From assembly GCA_000004695.1 (NCBI GenBank), contig CM000154.2, positions 2,656,001 through 2,720,000 of the forward strand: a DNA stretch of 64,000 nucleotides, written 5' to 3'. The stretch is from Dictyostelium discoideum. Its lineage: Eukaryota. Below, piece after piece: positions 53,681 to 64,000 of this stretch (the first letter of the stretch is position 1; each line of letters starts with the position of its first letter). The position numbers and the translations under genes were made by a program. The notes under the pieces were generated by a model, which made no database searches, was not told the origin of the DNA, and worked only from the letters and a program-made list of their open reading frames with translations.

Positions 53681-54002
53681 TCTTATTTATACACAATGAA
53701 AAAATAAAAAAATAAAAAATAAAAAAAATGGTGTGTTAACACACACAAATTTGTAAAACAAATACAAAAAAAACAAATAATTTTATTTTATTTTATTTTA
53801 TTTTTTTTTTTTTTGTAAATTTAATTAAATAATAATTAAATAATAAAATAATAATAAAATAATAATTAAATAATAATTGTTCTATAGATCTTCTAAGTGA
53901 TTAAAAAATTAAAATGTAATTTCCGAATGTTTAAAAAATTAATTTAACAACGATAATTACTGAGTAACCAGTTAATATTATTGTAATTTTTTTTTTTTTA
54001 TT

Positions 54003-56470
54003 TTATAAAAAATATAATTTATTAAATAAATTTTCATCAGATGGTATTTCTGGGATATTTTCAACTATTGGTTTATTTGAAACTGTATCATTTAATTTTT
54101 GAGGAGTTTGAAAATATTTACCAATAAAATAAGCTAAATTATGAGCATAATTACAAGGAGCAGGTGTTCTAACACTATTATTTATATTAAAGAATAAATT
54201 TGACATTTGAAAAGTAAAAAATTGAAAAGAGTCCACTGGTATATTGGCATCATTATGAATGATATGATAGTTTGTTGGTCTAACTGAAGATTTTGATTTT
54301 TTACTTGTATTTTGACAAACCAAATAAAAATCATACCAAAATGGATTGGTAATACCAGTGCTAACCATTGTACCATTGGGTGGATTGGTACTATCTTTTA
54401 AATTTAAAAATCTTGTGTTTGTATTCTTTTTAACAATAACATACATTAATAAAATCTTTTCATTGATTGAAGTAATTGCTTTTTTAATGAAATCAACTTC
54501 TTGCTCTTTCACTTTTTTTAACATACCATCAGCAACACCATCTCTATAAACAATGACCAGCTCTGGATATTTATTATTTGGATGAGATAAACGATAGGCA
54601 TTCATTGAATCTTTCATTGCGGTGAAAATGAAATCACTATCTAAAATCTCTTTTAAAAATGGTTGAATATTAATTTTATGATAAAATTGAGTATGACAAT
54701 TATTAGTTGAAGCAACAAATGCAGCCACTGAATAGGAGATCTCTGGATTATGAGTTACATCGATACCAATGACCATGGTATTCTCTGGTATATTTGAAAA
54801 TATTGTGGGATCAATCGACCATGGGAATTTACCCATTTTTGCAATGATTTGACTTGCAATTGGTTTTGAAATTAAATTTAAACGATCTTTAATTTTTGAA
54901 CTTTTAATACATTGAGTTATTACAGCTCTATTTCTTAGTAGTGATAAATTCTTTATTGATTTATAAATAAAAGAATGATCATTCTCTGGTAAAATAATAA
55001 TAAATAATTCAATACCACTATTTCTATCCAATTCTTGTGAAAAATAATTTAAATATTCATTTGAACTTGATTTATCTGGTACTTTTATAACAGAATTTGG
55101 TAATGGTAAATGACAATAATCTCTAGTCAATTGATCGATATTTCTTTGATTGCTTTCAATATCATTTTTAGTACCAATTAAAGACCAAACAACATTTGAT
55201 AGGTAATTTATATTTGAATTTGAAATTACTTGAGCTTTGTATTGTGAAGATTCAATTTTAATTGGTTCACCAATTGAAACGCCCCACTTTAATAATTGAC
55301 TTTGAATTTGTTTATGTAAACGTAGATCCGATTTAAATTGATTTAAAATTTCAAATCTATCTTTTGGATTTATTATTGTACGATTATCAATTTCATTACT
55401 TAAGTTCAATTCATCTTGTATGTTTAATAATTGAGGGATTCCAGTTTGAATACATAATTCTGGTACTAAAAAAATGGTTTCTTTTCTAAAATTTCTAGTT
55501 ATTATAACCTCTAATAATGGTTGTTCCTTATCTTTAATTGGTGGATTTAAACTATAATTTAATTCATAATATTGTGCAAATGTCATTGGTGTTGTAAATA
55601 TTGATGATGATTTTGGTGTAGTATTTGGTGTAGTATTTGGTGTAGTATTTGGTGAATCATTTTTTACTCCCGAATTTTGAACATTAGTTGTTGTTGGTGA
55701 AGGTGGAACACCAATTTTTATATTTAATTGATCATCAATTGTTTTTTCCCAAGCAATTCTATTTACTCTATAATGTCTATTATTATATTTTGTAAATATT
55801 ATTTTACCTTGAAGTTCATTTTCACATTTATTACGATCCATATTTAATTCTTTCATTCTTTCTAAAACACTTTTTGATCTAATAGCTTTTGATGTAATAT
55901 CCAATAGCATTGCAACACCGCTTTCAACTGTATGAACACTTGATATATAACCATTACAAATATCAACACCATACTCTGATATTGGATTCATTATTTTTGA
56001 ATAAAAATGTCTACCCAATTTTACAAATCCTAATGAAGCAAAAAACTAAAATTTAAAATTTAAAAAATTTTGTTAATAAATTAATTTTCTTAAAAAAAAA
56101 AAAAAACTGTATAGGAAAAAAAATACGAACCGATTTTGTTAAAATATTTAAAAAAGTTATAGATTCCATATCTCTTTTATTTGATTCATCTTTATGTTCA
56201 TTATTAATTAATACTTCTCTTTCAAATGATATTGAAATTTCATAACCTTTAATATTTGTTGAAAAATTTGAAAATGAACTTTGAGAATACATTGTAATAA
56301 AATCACCATCATATTTAAATGCTTCATTTTTAAAAATATCTGGATAATTATTAACTAATGTTTGAATGATTTCAACTCTTTGTGAATGTTTTGGATTTAC
56401 TCTTGGCTGTTGTTGAATAATATTTTAAAAAAAAATTTTAAAAAATCAATAAAAATTAATTAATTTTTTT

Positions 56471-56502
<32 letters not shown>

Positions 56503-56918
56503 TTTAAAAAAAAATATACATACTAATGATTTTATTTTGTATTTATAAATAGATTTTATATTTGGGTCAAACGATAATTTGAAATAATTGGTTAAAATTG
56601 GTAATTTTTCAGCTGGAATGCCCTCCAATGTTGCATTGGTTGGTTTTGGAAGATTAAAATATAACTCATCTTTTAATTTTGGTGGATCTCTTTTTTCAAT
56701 AATAATATCTTCATTTCTATCTTGATTTTCTTTTGTAATATCGATTATTCCAATTTCAGATGTATTTTTAATTGGTGGTAATAATGCTTTTTTTAAAGAT
56801 AATAAATTATTTTCGTTAGATTTTGATGTTTCTTTATTATTATTTATTGGTTTTGTTGTGTTCCCTGTTTTCATTGATGATAATGATGATGGTGATGTTG
56901 TTGCTGTTTTTGTTGCCG

Positions 56919-56952
<34 letters not shown>

Positions 56953-57456
56953 GGTAGTAGTATTTGGTATTGTTGGTGTTGTTGGTGTTGATGTTGGTGT
57001 TGATGTTGGTGTTGATGTTGATGTTGGTGTTGGTTTTGGTGTTATATATGGTGATAATTTTGCATTTATTGGAGTGTACACATATTGTGAAGGTTTAATT
57101 GTTGTAGATAGTATCGGTTGAGAAGGTGACCTTTGTGGTGAATTTAAGTTTGTCCTATTATTAGTTGGACTATTTGAATTATAATTCACAGATCTTGGAT
57201 CACTAAAATTACTTGATTGTTTGGCTCTACCTCTTGGAGAAATACCTCTTCCATCGGAAAATTGATTGGGACTATCATAAATTGGATTTTTATAATTACT
57301 ATTATACTGATTACCAAAATTATTTTTTTTATGAAATTTAGTATTTTTGTTATTATTATTAAAATTATTAAAATTATTATTATAATTATTATTATTAAAG
57401 TTATTATTTGAATTATTATTTGAGTTATAATTATTGTTATTATTATTATTATTTGA

Positions 57457-57528
<72 letters not shown>

Positions 57529-57807
57529 TGAATTATTTCCAAGGCCCAATACTTTTCCTTTTTGTGGTGATTTTTGGTTATTATTTGTATTAACTGGATT
57601 AATAGAGGTTTCTTCGTTTATATTTGGATTATCAACAATTAAATTCTTGAAGTTTATTCTATTTTTTGGAACCCAGGGAGTGAATGATGATATATTTGAA
57701 CCTTCAGAGGATGAGTCAAAGTCAACATTTGGAAATTCACAGTAATCATATTCTTCATCTTCATCTTGTTCATTGTCGTTTGAATTTCTATTATTTTTAT
57801 TTGACAT
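54003..57807 (-). CDS. Argonaute/Piwi-family protein (about 1200 aa); exons 57807..56524, 56406..56131, 56045..54003
   Basis: PIWI-domain motifs LVIVYRDGVADGMLKKV and PAPCNYAHNLAYFIGKY, with C-terminal ..LFNKLYFL. Upstream are PAZ/MID regions. Exon 1 is 428 aa of low complexity (poly-N, (T)15, TPTSTPTSTPT, GRGISPRGRAKQ) ending in the N-domain start LPILTNYFKLSFDPNIKSIYKYKIKSL at a GTATGT donor. Exon 2 (PRVNPKHSQRVEIIQTL...LNILTKS) ends at a non-canonical GTTCGT donor. Exon 3 starts FFASLGFVKLGRHFY. Total 3603 nt, in frame. Confidence 0.75.
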
Positions 57808-57813
57808 GTTTAG

Positions 57814-57867
<54 letters not shown>

Positions 57868-57946
57868 AAAAATAATAGATAAATAAAAATAAATAAATAT
57901 ATAGGAAATAAATAAAAATAAATATATATAATACTCTTTTAAATGA

Positions 57947-57992
<46 letters not shown>

Positions 57993-58900
57993 ATAAAAAA
58001 AAACAAAAAAAAAAATTGAATAGAAAAAAAAAAATAAAAAAAAAAAAAAATAAATAAAAAAATAAAAAAAGTAATATGTTTTTGTTGTGTGTGGATTAAT
58101 TTTTGATAAATACTACCACCACCTTATTATTATTTGTTGATGTTGCTGTTGATAATTTGAAAAATAAAAATAAAAAAATAAAAATAAAAATTAAAAAATT
58201 AAAAAAAGTAAAAAAGGGAAGGGTGTAGTGAATAAAAAAAAAAATAAAAAAATAAAAAACCAAAAAAAAACAAAAAAAAAAATAAAAAAAAATAAAAAAA
58301 AGAGTTTTTTTGTGTAAATTAATTAATTTTCAATTGTAAACACAAAAAAAATTCATTTTGTGTTTCCAAGTGTGAGTTTTTACTTGCATGTGTTAAAAAC
58401 AAAACAAAACAAAATAAAAAAATAAAAAAAAACAAAGATTTTAAAAACAAAACAAAAGATTTTAAAAACAAAACAAAAGATTTCAAAATTTGATATGACA
58501 TTTGGTACAAAACCCAATTAAACTTTATTTTTTTTTTATTTTTATTTTTATTTTTTTTTATTTTCATTGATTTCGGTCATTGTATTTTAGATATTAACAA
58601 AGTAACAATAGTTGCAAATGATTGAGCTGGTAATGCCAAGAATGTATGAATTAAATAATATTTGTACGTGCAAAAATCACAATCTTTCAAATAACTCAAC
58701 GAATTTACAAAATATTAAGTTCAAAATTTAAAAAATTCAAAATTCAAAAATAAATAAAAAAATAAAATAAAAAAAATTAAAATAATAAAAAAAATAAAAT
58801 TTTTTTTTTTTATTTTTTTTTTATTTTTTTTTTGACGATCATTGGTGGAAAAAAAAAAAAAGGCGCATTACCACATTTTCGACAATATATTGTTATCAAA

Positions 58901-59837
58901 ATGTCAAATACTGGTGGTAATGGTAATGATAATGCAGCACCATCATTATCAACCACAACTGAAAATGTTAATGGTAATGATGATACTCCTTCATCCAATC
59001 TTACAATAAACGATTTAGGTGGTAGCAAGTTTCCACCACAACCAAAGAAAAGCAAACAACAACAACAACAAAATATTACTGATAGATTATCAACGTTTTC
59101 AAACTTTTTTGAAGATGAAAAATTAGATAAAGATGATATGGTAAATTTTTAAATACAATAATAATATAAATTAATAACAATAATAAATAATTAACACACA
59201 CACACACACACTATATAGAAATTAGAATTTGATAAGATTGAAAAGAAATTATGCGATATTTTTGAAACAGATACCATTCCAAACAATGCTTCAAAAGATC
59301 AAATTACAAGTGGTAAAATTAAAATCAAAGGTGAAGAAATTACAATCTCAAAAGAAGCTCAAGATTTCACTTTAGAATTAAGTTCACTATTGGTAATTAT
59401 TATTACTATTATTCCAACAATAATAAATAATAAATAGTAATAATAATATATGATATATACTAATTTTATTTTATTTTATTTTATTTTTATTAGAATCTTG
59501 ATCAAATTTTAACATTTATTTTGATTAGAGAATATTTAACAAATAATAATAATAAAGTATTAAATTATGATAAATCAGAATTATTCAATTTATTAGATTA
59601 TTATTATAATGAAAGGGCATCATTATTGTGTATATTAGGATCAATCATAAAGAAAGAATCATCACAATCAAAGTATAGTTCTTTCTTAAAACCATTCATT
59701 GAAAAGAATAGAGCATCAATTGAATCAAGATTACTATCTTATTTAATTTCATTTTATAATTTTACAATTCCTTCAAATTTAGAAGTAAGTAAAATTAATT
59801 ATTATTTTTTTATATTTTTATTTTTTTATATTAATAT

Positions 59838-59884
<47 letters not shown>

Positions 59885-60529
59885 TAAATAGGAATTACAA
59901 CAATTTTATTGTTCAAGTATAATTAAAGAACAATTAATAATAGTTGAAACATTATTTTCATATAACTATTTAAAAGTAAAGAAAAGTGGTAATTGTAGTA
60001 ATAGTAGTAGTAATATGAATGATGTTAATGAGTTATTAATAATATTGAAAAAGATAAATCAACTTCAAATTGGGTCATACTCTGATCAATTGATTGGTAT
60101 ATTGAATTCAATGAAAAGAAATAGTGAAGTTATTCAATGGTTAAAACGTATAGAATACGTGTTGGTATTACTAGTATTTTGTAATAATAGAGATTTATTA
60201 AGACATGAATCATTACAACAAAATGAATTAGAAATTATAAATACAATTACAACTTTATCACAATCAATTCATTATAATGCACCACTTGCAACTTCATTAT
60301 TCTTTACAATTATAAATTTATTCATTTCAACTTCTTCCTCTTCTTCTTCCTCTTCTCCCTCCTCCTCTAGTTCAGTTAATTTCTCAAATTCACTTCAACA
60401 ATATTTTACAAAAGCATCATCACAATATGACCCAATTGATTATATTTTTAATTGTTTATCAAATGGTTTTAATGATAGTACTGTATGTATAATAATAATT
60501 AATAATAAAAAATAAGTTATTAATGATGA

Positions 60530-60560
<31 letters not shown>

Positions 60561-60870
60561 TTGTTTAGTATTTAGCAGGATATTGTGATTGTATTCACAT
60601 ATTTTTAAATAGATTTAGTGAAGTTATTAGTTTAACAGATGTTAGTGAACAACATGTTGATAGAATTATTGATATCTATTGTATGCTTCATGAAAAGGGT
60701 GGTGAAGTTTTATCATCAATTCTTTGGAGTGAAAGATCAAATGATCCAGTTTATCAATTTTCAATTTCACCAGATTGTTTAAATAGAAATCCTGATAGAG
60801 TTTTATCAATTTTAAAATCAATAATTATTAATGATACTTCTTCACAAGCTGTGTATGTATTATTTTTAAA

Positions 60871-60939
<69 letters not shown>

Positions 60940-63900
60940 TCATTAATTACTAATTTAAATGTATTTTTTTTTTTATAGATTTAATGAATTAATATTAATT
61001 AATATTAATAATCAATCATCAAGTAAACAAATTATTAGTTTTAATGATTTTAATAAAGTTAAAGAAGTTTTAGATATTACAAATGATGATGGAAATGGTA
61101 CAATTTCAGGTGTAATGAAAAGAGATATAATTTCACAATCATTTAGATTATATAAATCACAATTTAAATCATTTTCAGTGATTAATGATGGTAGCGGTGG
61201 TGATGGTGGTATTGAAATTGTATTCACATTACATGATTTAATTATAGATTTAGTGGCGATAGAATTTAATTCATTTTTAGATTCATTAGGTCAACAAGCA
61301 TTTTTCGATCAAAGAACTATCGAAGTTTCAAAAGCATATATAGTAGTATTAGATTTAATTTCAAAATTAGTTAATTTCACACCTGATTCATATAGTAAAT
61401 ATTTTTGGCAATTATTTGAAAATAATAGAATTTTAGAATCAATCATTCAAGTTTATCTTAGATTATGTAATCAACAAAATTTCACTGTAAATTCAATACC
61501 AACAAATATAAATATAAAAGAAAGTAATGGTAATGGTGGTTTTCAACAAAAAATAAATAAACAACAACAACAACAGCCTACATTGATGTCATCATATTCA
61601 ACAGCACATTATAATTTCAATATAATTACAAATGTAATTACATCGATTTTATCATTATTTACATCATTTTCAAAGATGAATCCATTACCAATTTTAAATT
61701 TATTAATTGAAAAAGGTATTTGGTCAAGTAGTCCAACCGTTTTGATTTCATTATTTAAAAGGGGTTCTTTTAATCATTTATATGATGTTGAAAAGAGATC
61801 TTCAACAACTTCTTCAACTTCTTCAACTTCCTCCTCATCTTTAAGTTCATCAACATTCCCATTAACAAAATCAATAGTTAAATTATTTAATACATTTATT
61901 AATCCATTGAATCAATTTGAGAAATGTATTGATAGATCACAATATATTGGTTATTTAGAATCATTCATTTCATTTCATTTACAAGTGATCTCTGATTATC
62001 CAATTATTAGTGGTAATAATAATCATAATGAAACGTGGGAGATGATATCAGAGATCTTTTCAGCATTAGATTTCATTTTAAATAAATCACAATCTAGAAA
62101 TTCAATTTTGAAATCATTGGCTTTTAAAATCATTTGTTCTTTCTCTGGTGGTATCTTACAATGTACTCTCTCAAGTTTATTAGATTTAGAAGTACTTCAA
62201 AATACAAATAAATCAATTGATCGTACAAGTTCAATTGATAATATTTTAAAATCATCTTTAAAATTCTCAAAATCAATACTTTCAACAATTTATTTATCAA
62301 TTGTATTAAAAAGATCAAATAAAATTAACAATAATAATCAAAATAATGATAATAATAATGAAAATAATAATAATAATAATAATGGCGATAATAATAATAA
62401 TAATAATAATAATGAAAATAATAATAATAATGAAAATAATGATAATATTAATGATAATAATATTGAAAATTATGAAAATGAATATTCAAATAATTTAGTT
62501 GAACAATTTTTAACAACATTTTTCATTGTTAAACAAAATGAAACCAATTTATTAATTGATCAAGAGGACAGAAATGGATTAACATCAACAATTGTAACCA
62601 ATTCAATCACTACTGAAACCATAACAAGTAAAACTGATTATAATAATTTATTCATTGTATTATTTAATTATATAAATATTATATCGGATTGTCAAGATAT
62701 TCAAATTCTATCATGTGAAATCTTATCATCATTAGTAAGAATACTTAGAGTATTAGAATCCAATTTCTCAGTTTCAACATTATTCAATACTGATGAACCA
62801 TTCATATTAATGATTGAAAAGTTTTCAAAGAAATTCATAATCAATAATAATGAATTCGATGTTTGGTCATTACAATTGAAAACTAATATTTTAAGACTTT
62901 TAGTTGAATCTTCAACAAATCAAATTTATTTCATAAATAGATTATTAAATTGTGAAAATAATAATATCAATAATAATAATAATAATAATGATGATAGTGG
63001 CGGTGATAAAAAGAATAAATCATTTATTATTAAATTATTATTAGATAGAAATGTTTCAATCAATGATAATTCAGAATTCTCTTTAGCATTATTCCAACTT
63101 GTAAATAATTTATATTGTAATTCAATTTATTATGATAGTTTTGTTGATCAATTAAATAATACTCAAGATTTTTGGAATTTATTATTAGATATGCAAAAAA
63201 CAATTAATGAAGAAGAAGAACAAGAAGAAGAATCAATCATTAATGAAGAATTAATTTGTAAGAAATTAAAAATTACTTATGCAATTGAAATTTTATCATT
63301 ATCAGTATTATTGTCTTCAGATATTACTACTGCTACTACTACTGTTGGAAATTTAGTATGTTCAACTTTATCAAATAATAAATGGAATGAAATATTTAAG
63401 AATAATAAAAGTGGAATTGTAAATATGATTAATAATTATTATTTTCAATTCATTGATTTAGAGAATGTTTTCCCAATTCAAAAGATTAGAGATTATTGGA
63501 TGGTTAATAATTTACCATCACCAGATCAATTACAAACTACTATTGCCTATCAATATTTCCCAAATATTAATAACAATATACCAATCGTTGAATTATTCGC
63601 TATTGATACTATCATTGAAACTTCAAAACAATTCAATGATCAATACTATTTAGAATTATTAATTCAACGTAATCTATTTGAGTTATTAACAACAACAAAT
63701 CTATGTTTATCACGTGCTTTCTCTAAATTATTTAGAGTAATTTTAATGAAACAACCTCAAAATTTTATAAATATTAATGGTGGTAGTGGTAGTGGTAGTG
63801 GTAGTAGTAATAGTGGTGTACCATTATCAACAATATTACATACATTGGTTGATAAAGCTACAAGTATTGAAAATCAATCAATTAAAACATTGGTTGTAAG

Positions 63901-64000
63901 AAATGATATATTAATGTTCCTTTGTGAATCAATTTCAACAGCATCTCATCTTTGGTGTAAATCATGTCCAATTGAATCAGTTGATATTGAAATACTATCA
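58901..64000 (+). CDS. Nup188-like nucleoporin, 5' part (the gene runs off the window end). Exons 58901..59140, 59219..59392, 59494..59784, 59892..60482, 60569..60852, 60979..>64000
   Basis: LFNLLDYYYNERASLLCILGSIIKK matches the conserved Nup188 N-terminal segment (human ILKIADYYYEERTCILRCVLHLLTYF). The rest is a long all-alpha protein. Donors are GTAAAT, GTAATT, GTAAGT, GTATGT and GTATGT. Intron 5 contains (AAT)n. The last exon stays open to the final base of the window. Confidence 0.6.

Noticed and set aside
56398-56403. GTAAAT hexamer inside Argonaute exon 2, considered as a splice donor
   Set aside because: The frame stays open for 92 codons through it and encodes a continuous Argonaute N-domain. 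Using it would leave no in-frame acceptor.

Overview
This window is not prokaryotic. It reads as gene-dense nuclear DNA of a social amoeba of the Dictyostelium discoideum type: about 78% AT, long poly(dA)/poly(dT) tracts, abundant (AAT)n and (CAA)n codon repeats giving poly-Asn and poly-Gln tracts, and short AT-rich spliceosomal introns with GTAAGT/GTATGT donors and AG acceptors. I find no CRISPR array, operon, defence island, tRNA, rRNA or recognisable transposon. By hand translation I reconstructed 23 protein-coding genes on both strands, with exon models where introns exist. Several identify confidently by motif: severin (sevA, the full 362-aa sequence), COP9 signalosome subunit 2 (csn2), Mediator subunit 21 (med21), COX11, an Nse2/Mms21-type SP-RING SUMO ligase, a syntaxin-1-like t-SNARE, a patatin-like phospholipase, a full-size ABCG transporter, a plant-type O-methyltransferase, gamma-glutamyl hydrolase, a Piwi/Argonaute protein, a FNIP-repeat protein, a Nup188-like nucleoporin (runs off the window end), and a triple-RRM RNA-binding protein. 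The most unusual items are: (i) a eukaryotic homologue of the bacterial 23S rRNA 2'-O-methyltransferase RlmM with an N-terminal extension, presumably mitochondrial; (ii) two paralogous multi-exon genes for LRR plus EGF-like plus single-TM receptor-like proteins, built from short phase-2-symmetric one-repeat exons; (iii) a DAGK-family lipid kinase with an N-terminal TM helix and a deviant glycine-rich loop; (iv) the Argonaute gene, which has a 428-aa low-complexity N-terminal exon, a non-canonical GTTCGT donor, and shares a divergent intergenic region with the Nup188-like gene. No previously undescribed multi-gene system is evident. Exon boundaries were set by reading-frame continuity and GT...AG rules, so each coordinate may be off by a few nt. 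The ORF track appears to accept TTG/GTG/CTG as starts, so several listed 'M' positions are not real start codons.
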